Positions 27,250 to 38,009 of a stretch of 64,000 nt of DNA are shown piece after piece. Location: NCBI GenBank assembly GCA_044229975.1, contig JBGARZ010000002.1, positions 736,001-800,000 of the forward strand, written 5' to 3'. Numbering within the stretch: the first letter of the stretch is position 1; each line of letters opens with the position of its first letter. The notes beneath the pieces are model-generated. The model was not told the DNA's origin, did not search any database, and was given only the letters and a program-made list of their open reading frames with translations. The position numbers and the translations under genes were made by a program. This DNA comes from Polyangiales bacterium. Lineage in GTDB: Bacteria > Myxococcota_A > Polyangia > Polyangiales > Ga0077539.

Positions 27250-27999
27250 TCAGCCCGTGGAGACGGCAACGCCGACGGCGTCGGGGGCGTCGAACTGGTG
27301 CCAGACGCCGCCGATGCGTCGTTGGTGGGGGTGGTACTCGGCCTTGTAGTTCAAGTGGTCGCAGGCGGCGACATACAAGCCCAGGTAATACCACTCCATG
27401 CCGAGCTCGCGGCACAGCTCGATCTCGCGGAGCACCGAGAACACTCCGAGCGAGCGGCGCGCCTCGTCGGGATCGAAGTAGTGATAGACGCTCGACACCG
27501 AGCGCTGGCCGAAGTCGAGGATGCTCACGGCGATGAGGCGGTCGCCGACGAGGTAGCGGAGTTCCCAGCTGTCGACGGAGGTCTCGACGAGGAAGAAGCG
27601 GTAGTCGGTCTCGGTGGCGAGCTGCTCGCGCAGTGAGAGACCGCGCTCGCGCGAGTGCCGGTTGTAGAGCCGCAGGTGCTCGGCCGTGACCGACGGGCGC
27701 ACGCGCTCGACGGTGACGTCGTCGTTGCGCCGGGCGGCGCGGCGCTGCGAGCGCGTGGCGTGGAAGGTCGGAACGTGAACGCGGATGGCCTCGCACGCGC
27801 TGCACGAAGGGCAGGCGGGGCGATAGAGCAGTGGCCCGGAGCGGCGATCACCCTCGGCGAGGAGCTGGTCGAAGAGGTCGGGAGTGAGCCGCGCTGTGGG
27901 CATCCGCAGCGGAAGCTGCATCGTCGCGGTCGGGAGGTACGGGCACGGCTCCGGGTCGTTGGACACGACGAAGAACCTCACCGGCTGCTTCTTCACCAC
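27250..27999 (-). CDS. bpt: Aspartate/glutamate leucyltransferase (bacterial ATE-like protein Bpt)
   Basis: CPYLP, G.RRSG..LYRP.C..C.AC, SSVYHYFDP, RSLG, YYLG...CDHLNYK. Confidence 0.9.
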   Translation of the reverse strand: MVKKQPVRFFVVSNDPEPCPYLPTATMQLPLRMPTARLTPDLFDQLLAEGDRRSGPLLYRPACPSCSACEAIRVHVPTFHATRSQRRAARRNDDVTVERVRPSVTAEHLRLYNRHSRERGLSLREQLATETDYRFFLVETSVDSWELRYLVGDRLIAVSILDFGQRSVSSVYHYFDPDEARRSLGVFSVLREIELCRELGMEWYYLGLYVAACDHLNYKAEYHPHQRRIGGVWHQFDAPDAVGVAVSTG

Positions 28000-28042
28000 C
28001 TGAACCTCCGGGGATGAGGCCGTCGGGTCAAGCGGCGAACCG

Positions 28043-28411
28043 TCAGCTGTAGTCCTTCTCCGCGCGCTCCTGGTCTTCCTTGCAGCGGATGCAGAGGTTG
28101 GTCTCGGGGCGCGCTTCCAAACGCTTCACCGCGATCTCCTCGCCGCACTCCTCGCAGAGCCCGAAATCCGCGCCGTCGATCTTCGCCAGCGCCCGCTCGA
28201 TCTTCTCGAGGAAGACCTTCTCGCGACCGCGGAGCCGGAAGGTGAACGACTGGAGGTACTCGCTCGACGCGAGGTCCATTTCATCGGGGAGGTCGTTGGT
28301 GTCGAGGGACATGTCCTCCGCGAGCGTGCTCTGCGCGCTTTGCAGAATCTGCGCACGCTTCTCCAGCAGCAATGCCTTGAACCGTTGCAACTCGGCCTTC
28401 GGATACGCCAT
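28043..28411 (-). CDS. dksA: DksA/TraR family RNAP-binding protein
   Basis: DEMDLA coiled-coil tip; C4 zinc finger CEECG...RLEARP...CIRC. Confidence 0.92.
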   Translation of the reverse strand: MAYPKAELQRFKALLLEKRAQILQSAQSTLAEDMSLDTNDLPDEMDLASSEYLQSFTFRLRGREKVFLEKIERALAKIDGADFGLCEECGEEIAVKRLEARPETNLCIRCKEDQERAEKDYS

Positions 28412-28450
28412 GAGACAAAACCCCTTTCCTACCGCCGATCAGGGCCGGGG

Positions 28451-28478
28451 AGGATATGGACGTTCGCTGAAGTGTCAA
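28451..28478 (-). promoter_or_regulatory. Putative sigma70 promoter of dksA
   Basis: TTGACA-16 nt-TATCCT on the minus strand, 40 bp upstream of the ATG. Confidence 0.6.
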
Positions 28479-28572
28479 GCGAAACCTCCACGACCGCCTC
28501 GCGGCGCCTCTCCACACACCGGCCCAACAGCGCGTCGATGATTGCTGCGCGAGTACGGTAGATTCGCGGCCG

Positions 28573-29610
28573 ATGTTGCGCCCCTTCGCCCTCGCTCTGG
28601 TCGTCTCCCTCACCTCGGTCGCGTGCAGCTCGTCGACCTCGCCAAGCACCTCGGCGGACGCCAGTACCGCCGACGTCGGCAGCGCTACGCCAGACCTGCC
28701 CATGATCGTCGACGTCGCCACCGAAGACGCGCCCGCGCTAGACGTCGGCGGAGACGACGTCCCGCCCGCGCCGGTGGATGCGCCGCCCACCGCCGTCGAC
28801 GCCGGGCCCAGGGTGCGTGGTCACGCGAGCGTCATCCCGAGCACGCTGCGACCGACCGATGCGGTGCGCCTCATCGTCATGGGTGACTCCATCTCGGCCG
28901 GCGTCGGCGCGAGCGGTCGGAGCACGACTTCGTACGGCGCGCTGCTCGGAGCCAACTCCACCACGCGATGGCCTGACGCCATGAGTCTCGACCTCGCCGC
29001 GCGCTTTGGCCACGCCGTCCCCGTCGTCAACGTCGCGGTGGGTGGCGCGACCACCGGATCGATGCGCGCCGATCAGCCCGGCATGCTGCGAACGCGTCTC
29101 TCGCTGCCGGTGCGCGGCCACTCGGTGGTGGTCATCACCATCGGCGGCAACGACCTCCAGCTCGCCATCATCTCGGGCAACCCGGAGGGGGCAGTGCTCA
29201 ACAGCGCCATCAACAACATCCGGCAGGCCGTCCAGTTTCTCCAGGACCCGGCGAACTTCCCCGACGGCGTCTCGCTCTACATCGCCGCGGTGTACGACCC
29301 GAGCGACGGCGAGGGCTTCGTCGAGGGCTGCTTCTTCAACCTCCGACTGCCGACGTTCATCACCGGGCTCAACACCTGGCGCGCTCGCTACATCGCGCTC
29401 GGTCAGGAGATGGGCTTCGGCGTCATCGACGCGCTCGGCCACTTCCACGGCCACGGCCACAACTTCATGCACACGGACAACCCCTACTACGACACCGCCG
29501 ACCCCTCCGGCTGGTTCAGCGACTGCATCCACCCCAACGACCGCGGCCATCACGAGCTGCGCCGACTGTTCTTCGAAGCCATCGACGGAACGTACCGGGT
29601 GACTCCGTGA
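28573..29610 (+). CDS. SGNH/GDSL hydrolase lipoprotein
   Basis: Lipobox SVAC; GDSIS, AVGGA, IGGND and DCIHP blocks. Confidence 0.88.
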   Translation: MLRPFALALVVSLTSVACSSSTSPSTSADASTADVGSATPDLPMIVDVATEDAPALDVGGDDVPPAPVDAPPTAVDAGPRVRGHASVIPSTLRPTDAVRLIVMGDSISAGVGASGRSTTSYGALLGANSTTRWPDAMSLDLAARFGHAVPVVNVAVGGATTGSMRADQPGMLRTRLSLPVRGHSVVVITIGGNDLQLAIISGNPEGAVLNSAINNIRQAVQFLQDPANFPDGVSLYIAAVYDPSDGEGFVEGCFFNLRLPTFITGLNTWRARYIALGQEMGFGVIDALGHFHGHGHNFMHTDNPYYDTADPSGWFSDCIHPNDRGHHELRRLFFEAIDGTYRVTP

Positions 29611-30560
29611 AGGTTCTCCTCACGGGCGCTGCGGGCTTCATCGGGAGCCACACCGCCGACGCCCTGCTCGCGCGCGGCGACGAGGTGGTGGGCTTCGACA
29701 ACTTCAACGCGTTCTATGACCCGGCCATCAAGCGCCGCAACGCCGAGAGCCTCGGTGCGAAGCGCGGGTTCTCGCTCATCGAAGGCGACCTCGGCGACGA
29801 GGCTGCGCTCGACGTCACGTTTCGCGAGCACCGCTTCGACGCCGTCGTGCACCTCGCCGCGTGGGCGGGGGTGCGCCCCTCCATCGACACGCCGGGCGTG
29901 TACGTCGACGCCAACATCCGCGGCCTCACCAACGTGCTCGAGCGCATGCGGAGGGCGTCCGTCCCGCGGCTGGTGTTCGCCTCGTCGTCGTCGGTGTACG
30001 GCGGTCGCACGGAGGTTCCCTTCCGCGAGACCGACGTCGTCGATCGCCCCATCTCGCCGTACGCCGCGACCAAGAAGGCTGGCGAGGTCCTCTGCGCCAC
30101 CTGGAACCACCTCTACGGCATCCACGTCGCCGCCCTGCGGTACTTCACCGTCTACGGCCCACGGCAGCGACCCGAGATGGCGATCCACAAGTTCGCCACG
30201 ATGATCTCCCGTGGCCGCTCCATCCCCGTCTACGGCGACGGCAGCAGCGCCCGCGACTACACCTACGTCGCGGACATCGTGCAGGGGACCGTCGCGGCCC
30301 TCGACCACTGTGAGGGCTACGAGATCTACAACCTCGGCGAATCGCACACGACGCGCCTCGACGCCTTGGTGGAGAAGCTCGGTCGGGCGCTCGGCATGGA
30401 ACCGAAGACCCACCGCGAGCCCGATCAACCCGGCGACGTCCCCATCACCTTCGCGGACATCACTCGCGCGCGCAGCAAGCTCGGCTACGCCCCCACCACG
30501 CTCATCGACGAGGGCCTCGCGCACTTCGCCGAATGGTTCCATCGCGAAGGCGTCCGTTGA
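29607..30560 (+). CDS. NAD-dependent epimerase (UDP-glucuronate 4-epimerase-like)
   Basis: TGAAGFIG, HLAAWAGVRPS, ASSSSVYG, YAATK, TVYGPRQRP. Confidence 0.92.
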   Translation: MKVLLTGAAGFIGSHTADALLARGDEVVGFDNFNAFYDPAIKRRNAESLGAKRGFSLIEGDLGDEAALDVTFREHRFDAVVHLAAWAGVRPSIDTPGVYVDANIRGLTNVLERMRRASVPRLVFASSSSVYGGRTEVPFRETDVVDRPISPYAATKKAGEVLCATWNHLYGIHVAALRYFTVYGPRQRPEMAIHKFATMISRGRSIPVYGDGSSARDYTYVADIVQGTVAALDHCEGYEIYNLGESHTTRLDALVEKLGRALGMEPKTHREPDQPGDVPITFADITRARSKLGYAPTTLIDEGLAHFAEWFHREGVR

Positions 30561-30561
30561 G

Positions 30562-32280
30562 ATGACCCTGGCGCGCGTCGAGCCGTGGCTCCGCGGCGCC
30601 GCCCTCCTCCTCCTCGTCTTCGCCCTCGTCGCCCCGCTCCCCATCGCGCTCCTCGACCTGCTCCTCGTCGCCAACCTCGCCGCGTCGCTGGTCGTCCTCG
30701 CTGCGTGCGCCACCGCGCGACCGCCCCGACTCGTCTCGGCGCTCCCCGCGGTGCTCCTCGGCGGAACCGTCGTGCGCCTCGCGCTGGAGCTCGCCGCCTC
30801 GCGCATGATCCTGCGGGGCGGCGATGCGGGCACCGTCATCCACGCCTTCGGATCCGTCGCCGTTCGCGGTGACGCGCTGGTGGGCGTCGCAGTGTTCGTG
30901 ATCCTGACGGTGGTGCAGTTCGTGGTGGTGGTGCAGGGCGGCGAGCGGGTGGCCGAGGTCGCCGCGCGCTTCGCCCTCGACGCGATGCCGGGTCAGCAGC
31001 TCGCCATCGACGGCGCCGTGCGGGCGGGCACGCTCGACGCGCGCGCCGCGAAGCGTGACCGTGACGCCCTCGAACAGCGGGCACAGCGCGCGGGCGCCAT
31101 GGACGGAGCGATGCGCTTCGTGAAGGGCGACGCCATCGCGGGGGTCGTCATCGTGCTGGTCAACCTCGTGGTCGGCACTGTCCTGGGCGCTACCCGCAGC
31201 GGGCTCCCCGTGCGCGCGGCAGCCGAACGCTACGCGACCCTCGCGATCGGCCAGGGGCTCGCGGCGCAGGTTCCCTCCATGCTGCTCGCGGTCGCAGCCG
31301 CGCTGGCGGTAAGTCGCCCGCAGAGCCGCCTCGACGAGAGCGTCTGGGTCGCCCCGATGACGCTGAGAACTGTCGCCGGCGTGCTGCTCGCGGTGGCAGT
31401 TGCCCCGGGCTTTCCGCTGTGGCCCTTCGCGACGATCGCCGCGGTGCTGCTCGCGCTGAGCTTCGCGCCGCGCCCGGCTCGCCTGGTCGACGCGCGAGTC
31501 CGCCTCACCGTGACGTCCGACGCCGGAGGTCAGGCCCTCGCGACGGACGCGAGGGCGGAGTGGAGTCGCTCCGCCGAGGCGCTGGGCATCAGTGCACCAT
31601 CCATCGAGGTGGTGCGCTCCGAAGGGGAGCCGACGCTCAGTGTCGACGGAACGGAGCACCTCCGCGGTCACTGGACCAACGACGACGTGGCCTCGCTCGT
31701 TCGATCGACGGCGCCGACCTGGGTCGACGTGGACGATACCGAGCGGCGCCTCGACAAGCTCTCGATCGACTCGCCCGCGTTGGTTCGATCGACCGTGCCG
31801 ACGTTGGCCTCGATCGCCAACCTCACGGCGCTCCGTCGGTGGCTCTGCGACGAGGGCGTTCCCGTTGGTGATCTGCGCGCGATGCTTGGTGCGATTCAGC
31901 GAGCGGGTGCGGTCGGCGACTCCGTCGATCGTTGGCGCTCCCGCGTTCGGGTCGAGCTCGGGCCGACACTGCAGGCGCACTTCGCCCCCAGGCGAGCGCT
32001 CTCGGCGTGGATGCTGGGACCCACCGTCGAAGACGCCGCGCGGGACGAGCTCGCCCGTCGGACGACGTTGAGCCCCGCGCTGGTTGGCGACCTCCGCGAC
32101 CTCGTCGCGGCCCGATGCAACATGGATGAAGAGGCGACGATCCTCGCCTCGGTCGCGGTGCGGCGAGCGGTGTGGGAGGCGCTGCGATCGATGCCGGGGC
32201 GTCGCACGGTGCTCGCGCCTGACGAGCTCGGTGACGCGGTCGCGATCACCGTGCTCGGCGTGCTCGATCCGATGCTGTGA
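30562..32280 (+). CDS. FHIPEP family type III export gate homolog (FlhA/SctV-like), shortened and divergent
   Basis: RVAEVAARFALDAMPGQQLAID...GAMDGAMRFVKGDAIAG; several TM helices; 572 aa. Confidence 0.88.
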   Translation: MTLARVEPWLRGAALLLLVFALVAPLPIALLDLLLVANLAASLVVLAACATARPPRLVSALPAVLLGGTVVRLALELAASRMILRGGDAGTVIHAFGSVAVRGDALVGVAVFVILTVVQFVVVVQGGERVAEVAARFALDAMPGQQLAIDGAVRAGTLDARAAKRDRDALEQRAQRAGAMDGAMRFVKGDAIAGVVIVLVNLVVGTVLGATRSGLPVRAAAERYATLAIGQGLAAQVPSMLLAVAAALAVSRPQSRLDESVWVAPMTLRTVAGVLLAVAVAPGFPLWPFATIAAVLLALSFAPRPARLVDARVRLTVTSDAGGQALATDARAEWSRSAEALGISAPSIEVVRSEGEPTLSVDGTEHLRGHWTNDDVASLVRSTAPTWVDVDDTERRLDKLSIDSPALVRSTVPTLASIANLTALRRWLCDEGVPVGDLRAMLGAIQRAGAVGDSVDRWRSRVRVELGPTLQAHFAPRRALSAWMLGPTVEDAARDELARRTTLSPALVGDLRDLVAARCNMDEEATILASVAVRRAVWEALRSMPGRRTVLAPDELGDAVAITVLGVLDPML

Positions 32281-32301
32281 GAGGGAGAAGAACGGGCGGG
32301 A

Positions 32302-33501
32302 TCAGTATCCGCGGCGCATCACGACAGGGGCGCCGTTTTCGATCTCGCGAGCGCTGAGGTTCACGAGGCACACCGCGGTGCGCGGATGCACGGCCACCAC
32401 CATCAGCTCACCCGCGACTTCCACCGGGAGCTCCTCGTTGGGGCGCTGGTTGTCCGCCTCGGGGGGATAGTCGACCGTGCCGTCGCCGTCGCGGTCGATC
32501 TCCTGCACCCGGATGCGGCGGCTCTGGTTCTCGACCGACACCCGCCACGGGTCGCCGCGCTGGGTCAGGAACAACCGATTGCCGAGGCGCAGGCCGTCCT
32601 GCGAGCCGCGGTCGATGATGACCACGAAGTTGTTGCCCACGATCTCGCGCGGGGTCGGGGTCGCGACGACGTGCGCCGTGAGGTCGCGGTCGTTGGGCGT
32701 CGGCGGCACCGGGAGAAACTGCCGCTGGATCACGGCCACACGCTCACCGCGCTCGATGGGTTCGAGCGACTCGGTGATGCGCGCCGTGGCGATGTGCCGA
32801 CGAGCGTCCCAGGCGTCGACGATGACCGTGCCCAGCACACGCACCACGCGGCCCGAGTCGCGGTCCGAACCGCTGGTCTCCTGGGCGTTGGAGTAGATGG
32901 TGTACGTCTCGCCGACGTTGGGCGCGCGGCGCGGAAACTCGATGTACGCCTGGTCGCCTTCCGACAGGAGCATGTTGTCCTCGGGCGCGCCCACGATGGC
33001 GCCCGAGGCCGAGGTCTCCTCCGCCGTCGCCCACGCCTCCTCGCGGAGGAACACCGTCCCCCGCGGGTAGCGCGAGCGACCACCGTTCACCACGACGCCA
33101 CGCGGCGTGGAGATGATGGACGTCGACGGCGTGCCCGCGGTCACCTCATTGGGCAGCAGCAGCCGCACCTGGTCGCGCGGGAAGATCCAGTGGGGGTTGG
33201 TGATCTGCGGGTTGCGCGCCCACACCCGCGGCCAGTACCAGGGGTTTTCGAAGTAGTACCCGGAGATATCCCACAGGGTATCTCCGGAATTTACGACGTG
33301 AAACTCCGGGACGAACCCCCCGCTGCGCTGCGCGGGGCTCGCCGTGCCCGACGAGAGGGTGATCGTCGAGCGCGGTCGCGACCCTACGGTCGCGGGCGTC
33401 GCGCCATCGTTCACCGTCACCTGCGCGCTCGCGATCGTCGGCACTGCCAGAACGGTCGCGACCCACGGCCATCGCCAGAAGAACCTCATCGTCAATCTCA
33501 C
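32302..33501 (-). CDS. Secreted LysM peptidoglycan-binding protein (TsaP-like)
   Basis: Signal peptide; GDTLWDIS...NPWYWP.VW..NPQI.NPHWIFP LysM; C-terminal IDRG..DG...G domain. Confidence 0.82.
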   Translation of the reverse strand: MRLTMRFFWRWPWVATVLAVPTIASAQVTVNDGATPATVGSRPRSTITLSSGTASPAQRSGGFVPEFHVVNSGDTLWDISGYYFENPWYWPRVWARNPQITNPHWIFPRDQVRLLLPNEVTAGTPSTSIISTPRGVVVNGGRSRYPRGTVFLREEAWATAEETSASGAIVGAPEDNMLLSEGDQAYIEFPRRAPNVGETYTIYSNAQETSGSDRDSGRVVRVLGTVIVDAWDARRHIATARITESLEPIERGERVAVIQRQFLPVPPTPNDRDLTAHVVATPTPREIVGNNFVVIIDRGSQDGLRLGNRLFLTQRGDPWRVSVENQSRRIRVQEIDRDGDGTVDYPPEADNQRPNEELPVEVAGELMVVAVHPRTAVCLVNLSAREIENGAPVVMRRGY

Positions 33502-34427
33502 CTCTCATCGCGAAGCCGACGCGCGGCCTCGGAGTCTGGATGCTCGGTCAACAGTCGTCGGCCGGCCTGCTCGGCCCCGGCCGCGTCGCCCGCGCGCAGG
33601 AGCGCCGTGCGCAGCGTGAAGAGCGCGTCGGGCACCTTGTTGCCCACGGGAAATCTCTCCAACAGCCCCTGGAGTTCACGGACCCCGCGGGCGCCATCAC
33701 CAGAGCGCAGGAAGCACTCGGCCCGCCAGTACATCGCGTTGTCCGCGTGGGGGTGCGCGGGCCAGCGCACGAGGAAGCCCGCGAAGGATTCCACCGCCTC
33801 GGTGCAGCGCCCCGAGCGCGCCATGGCCAGGGCCTCGTCGTAGGCGGTCGCCGCGCGCGGATCGAGGGTGCCCGAGCCGACATCGACGACGGGCATCACG
33901 GCGTGGCCGTTGCGCGGAGGCGTGATGCCTGCGGGCGGTGGCGCCGTGACGGGAGGAGCCGTCGTCGGAGCGCGCGGCGCGGCGCCCGGAGGCGGCGGCG
34001 GAGCGACGGGCACCACCGGAAGGCGCTCGTTGGCGTGGACCACGAAGGGCTCGCGCTCGGGTATGCGCTCGTTGCGGGAGATGCGCACCGCGGGAAGGTT
34101 GGACTCGTCGGGGGCTTCGACGTCGCCCTCCCCCGCGCGCACCGACGTGCTGTCGACGCGGATGGGCTCGATGCGCGAAGGCTCCGCGCCGAGCCGGATG
34201 GTCGCCTGATGTGAGTCGCGCGCCACGACGGCGCGGCGCGCCTGCTGGGCTGCGTCTTCGGTCAGCACGACGCGGTGCTGAAGGAGGTCGAGCGCCGACG
34301 CCTGCCGCTCCTGCTCGCTGCGCATGCGGCGCATCTCGTTCTCCATGCGGGTCAGGGTGGCGCTGGTGTTGGCGCTGCATCCCCATCCGGCGAGCGAGAG
34401 CGTGAGCGCGAGTGCCTTGGTTCGCAT
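33498..34427 (-). CDS. CpoB/YbgF-like TPR lipoprotein
   Basis: Lipobox GWGC, coiled coil, HPHADNAMYW.AE, FPVGNKVPDAL, HPDSEAA. Confidence 0.82.
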   Translation of the reverse strand: MRTKALALTLSLAGWGCSANTSATLTRMENEMRRMRSEQERQASALDLLQHRVVLTEDAAQQARRAVVARDSHQATIRLGAEPSRIEPIRVDSTSVRAGEGDVEAPDESNLPAVRISRNERIPEREPFVVHANERLPVVPVAPPPPPGAAPRAPTTAPPVTAPPPAGITPPRNGHAVMPVVDVGSGTLDPRAATAYDEALAMARSGRCTEAVESFAGFLVRWPAHPHADNAMYWRAECFLRSGDGARGVRELQGLLERFPVGNKVPDALFTLRTALLRAGDAAGAEQAGRRLLTEHPDSEAARRLRDER

Positions 34428-34515
34428 GGTCACGGCGAGCCTAGAGCGGACCGTGGTGCGCCGCCAAGAAAGTGCCGCACGCAACCTCACTCAATCGTCC
34501 GTCGACAACGCTCCC

Positions 34516-35457
34516 ATGTCCGACCCAACCCCCTACGCCCCCCTCTCGCTCCCCGTCGCCGGCCGCCTCGACCCACGATGGGACCCCCTCTGGATCCACG
34601 GCGATCCCTCAGCCCTCGCCCCTCCCCTCGTCGCCATCATCGGAACCCGCATGCCCGACCCCGCGGCGCGCGCGCTCGCCCACGCCCTCGCCCGCGACCT
34701 CTGCCTCCGCGGCATCCAGGTGCTCTCCGGCGGTGCGCTTGGCATCGACGCCGCCGCTCACCAAGGAGCGCTTGACGGCAAGGGACGCACGGCGGTGGTG
34801 CTCCCGTGCGGGCTCCAGCATTGGTACCCGCGACGTCACGGAAGTCTGTACCGCGCCATCATCGAGTCGGGCGGCGCGCTCGTGTCGCAGTTTCCTCCAG
34901 AGACCCCGCCGACCCAGTGGACCTTCCCCCGACGCAACGAGCTCGTCGCCGCACTCGCGGACATCGTGGTGGTCGTCCAGGCGCCCGATCCGTCCGGGGC
35001 ACTCATCGCGGCGGAGGCGGCACGACGAGCGGGCAGGCGACTGATGGCGGTGCCAGCATCACCGTTCGATCGACGGGCGCGAGGCAACGTCCGTCTCCTG
35101 CGTGCCGGCGCGCGCCCCTGCGTGACGGCCGACGATGTGTTGGCGATGCTCTCCGAAACAGAGGGTGATCTCTTCGCGCGCGACGCCTCACGTGCGCGCT
35201 CGTCACGCACGCAGACGACGCACCCGCGGACACCGGAGCGCGTGCCCGCGCGCCCGCGAGGCCCCGACCCGCTCACGCTGGACGAGGCCGGATCGCTCGT
35301 GTACGAAGCGCTCGCCGCCGGGCCGCGGCACATCGAAGAGGTGGCGCGCGCGGCGGCCATGACGACCTCGCGAGTGCAGCAGGTTCTCTTGACGCTCGTG
35401 CTGGCAGGATTCATCGAAGACCGCGGCGGAGGGATGTTCACCCGCGCAGATGCGTAA
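34516..35457 (+). CDS. dprA: DNA-processing protein DprA/Smf
   Basis: VAIIGTR, SGGALGIDAAAH, FPRRN, SGALI, AVP; C-terminal winged helix. Confidence 0.92.
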   Translation: MSDPTPYAPLSLPVAGRLDPRWDPLWIHGDPSALAPPLVAIIGTRMPDPAARALAHALARDLCLRGIQVLSGGALGIDAAAHQGALDGKGRTAVVLPCGLQHWYPRRHGSLYRAIIESGGALVSQFPPETPPTQWTFPRRNELVAALADIVVVVQAPDPSGALIAAEAARRAGRRLMAVPASPFDRRARGNVRLLRAGARPCVTADDVLAMLSETEGDLFARDASRARSSRTQTTHPRTPERVPARPRGPDPLTLDEAGSLVYEALAAGPRHIEEVARAAAMTTSRVQQVLLTLVLAGFIEDRGGGMFTRADA

Positions 35458-35494
35458 GGGTGTAACCCCTCTCCCCCGTTCGTAAGGAGCAACG

Positions 35495-37975
35495 ATGTCG
35501 AAGGCGCTGATCATCGTAGAGTCACCGGCGAAGGCCAAGACGATCCAGAAGTACCTGGGGAAGGACTTCGAGGTGCTCGCGAGCAAGGGGCACATCCGCG
35601 ATCTGCCCAAGTCGGGCCTGCAGGTGGACGTCGAGAAGGACTACGAGCCCCACTACGAGGTGCTCGACGACCACAAGTCGCTCGTGACGGACATGCGTCG
35701 CGCAGCGAAGGAAGCCGACGAGATCTTCCTCGCGCCCGACCCCGACCGCGAGGGCGAGGCCATCGCGTGGCACATCGCCCACGAGCTGCGCTCGGCGAAG
35801 AAGCCGATGCACCGCGTGGAGTTTCACGAGATCACCAAGAAGGGTGTGCAGCTCGGACTCGCCAACCCCCACGAGGTTAACCAGAACCGCTTCAAGGCCC
35901 AGCAGGCGCGGCGCATCCTCGACCGCCTCATCGGCTACGAGCTGTCGCCGGTGCTGTGGAAGCGCCTCTGCCGCCAGGTCAACGGGCACTACCTCTCGGC
36001 GGGGCGTGTGCAGTCCGCAGCACTGCGACTCATCGTCGATCGCGAGGACGAGATCCTCGCCTTCAAGCCGCAGGAGTTCTGGCCCGTGGGCGTCGAGCTC
36101 CTCGGGAAGAAGCAGCCGACCTTCCGCGCGAGCCTCATCGAGAGCGACGGTCGCAAGCTCGTCACGCCGACCCGCGAGCGCACCCCGAAGGCGGGCGACT
36201 ATGTCCTCGCCAACGCGGCCGACGCTGCGGCGGTCGCTGCCGACCTGAAGAGCGCGCGCTTCAAGGTGGCCAGCGTCGAGCGCAAAGAGCGTCGTCGTCG
36301 GGCGCCGCCGCCGTACATCACGTCGTCGCTCCAGCGCGACGCGTCGAGCCGTCTCGGGTTCTCGGCCTCGCGCACGATGCAGAACGCGCAGCGGCTCTAC
36401 GAGGGCATCGACGTCGGCGCCGAGGGGCCCGTCGGTCTCATCACCTATATGCGTACGGACTCGACCCGCATGAGCGCCGAGGCCGTGGACGGAGCGCGGA
36501 CCTATGTGGCGCAGCGCTTCGGCAAGGAGTTCGTCCCGGAGAAGCCCAACTTCTTCAAGACGAAGGGCAACGCGCAGGACGCCCACGAGGCCATCCGGCC
36601 GACGTCGATGGAGCTGCACCCCGACGCGATCAAGAAGTTCCTGAAGACCGACGAGTTCAAGGTGTACCGGCTCATCTGGGAGCGCTTCGTGTCATGCCAG
36701 ATGGCCGACGCGCTCTATGACCAGACGACGGTGACCATCGAGGCGGCAGGCGCGAAGAAGCACCTGCTGCGCGCGTCGGGTCAGGTGCTGAAGTTCGCCG
36801 GCTGGCTCGACGCCCAGGGCGCGAGCGAGCGGGCCGAAGAGGTCGCGGGCGAGGAGTCGGTGCGCGACGCCGCGGCCACCGGCGATGGCGACGAGGAGAA
36901 GACGCTCCCCGCGCTGACCGAGGGCGAGGCGCTCAACGTGGTCGACCCGCCGGGCATCGTGACGGAGCAGAAGTTCACGCAGCCCGCCGCCCGCTACAAC
37001 GAGGGCTCGCTGGTGAAGGCGCTGGAAGACCTCGGCATCGGGCGCCCCAGCACCTACGCCGAGATCGTGAGCAAGGTGCTCTCGCGCGACTACGTGCAGA
37101 AGCAGGACAAGCAGCTCGTTCCGACGAAGCTGGGCACCACGAAGACGCACGGTCTCCAGGCGCGCTTCCCGACGGTGGTGGACTACGAGTTCACCGCGAA
37201 GATCGAGAAGGACCTCGACGCCGTGGAGTCGGGCGAGGCCGACTGGGTGAAGCTGGTCGACGCGATCTACAAGCCCTTCAAGAAGATCGTCGTCGCCGAG
37301 ATGAGCGCCAAGGAGCCCGGCGAGGGCTGGCCGCGCGCCGAGCCGTCGGACCGCATCTGCGACAAGTGCGGCTCCGCGATGGTCAAGCGCTGGGGGCCCA
37401 ACAGCAACTACTACGCGTGCACGGCGTACCCGAAGTGCAAGAACATCGTCGACGAGAACCCCGCGGCGCCGCCCGAGATCTACGCCGACCGCAAGTGCCC
37501 CAAGTGCGGGCGCGACCTGCTGGTGAAGACCCGTCGCGGCACCGACGAGCAGTTCTTGTCGTGCAGTGGCTGGCGCAAGAAGGAGCCGCTCTGCGACTAC
37601 ACCGCGCCGATGCCCATCGGCATCCGCTGCCCGAAGTGCAGCGACGGTGAGGTCATCAAGGTCGGCGCCGCCAAGGGCCGCCGCCCGTTCTGGGGTTGCA
37701 GCAACTACGCGACCGACCTCAAGTGCGACTTCCGGTTGTTCCAGGCGCCCGTGAAGGAGCCGTGCCCGCAGTGCGGCGCGACCTTCCTGGTGCAGGCCGG
37801 CGGCAAGTCGCGCCCGGTGCTCAAGTGCCTCACCGAGGGCTGCGGCTTCGAGCGTCCGCTCGCGGGCGACGGCGGCGACGACGACGGCGGCGAAGAGGCA
37901 CCGGCGCCGACGAAGTTCCGCGGCGGCGCGAAGAAGAAGCCCGCGGGCAAGTCCGGCTCCGACGCGAGCGCCTGA
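35495..37975 (+). CDS. topA: DNA topoisomerase I
   Basis: [55 protein letters not shown]-terminal Zn ribbons. Confidence 0.98.
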   Translation: MSKALIIVESPAKAKTIQKYLGKDFEVLASKGHIRDLPKSGLQVDVEKDYEPHYEVLDDHKSLVTDMRRAAKEADEIFLAPDPDREGEAIAWHIAHELRSAKKPMHRVEFHEITKKGVQLGLANPHEVNQNRFKAQQARRILDRLIGYELSPVLWKRLCRQVNGHYLSAGRVQSAALRLIVDREDEILAFKPQEFWPVGVELLGKKQPTFRASLIESDGRKLVTPTRERTPKAGDYVLANAADAAAVAADLKSARFKVASVERKERRRRAPPPYITSSLQRDASSRLGFSASRTMQNAQRLYEGIDVGAEGPVGLITYMRTDSTRMSAEAVDGARTYVAQRFGKEFVPEKPNFFKTKGNAQDAHEAIRPTSMELHPDAIKKFLKTDEFKVYRLIWERFVSCQMADALYDQTTVTIEAAGAKKHLLRASGQVLKFAGWLDAQGASERAEEVAGEESVRDAAATGDGDEEKTLPALTEGEALNVVDPPGIVTEQKFTQPAARYNEGSLVKALEDLGIGRPSTYAEIVSKVLSRDYVQKQDKQLVPTKLGTTKTHGLQARFPTVVDYEFTAKIEKDLDAVESGEADWVKLVDAIYKPFKKIVVAEMSAKEPGEGWPRAEPSDRICDKCGSAMVKRWGPNSNYYACTAYPKCKNIVDENPAAPPEIYADRKCPKCGRDLLVKTRRGTDEQFLSCSGWRKKEPLCDYTAPMPIGIRCPKCSDGEVIKVGAAKGRRPFWGCSNYATDLKCDFRLFQAPVKEPCPQCGATFLVQAGGKSRPVLKCLTEGCGFERPLAGDGGDDDGGEEAPAPTKFRGGAKKKPAGKSGSDASA

Positions 37976-38009
37976 CCCTCCACTCCCCTCTCAGGAACCT
38001 CTTATCCCC

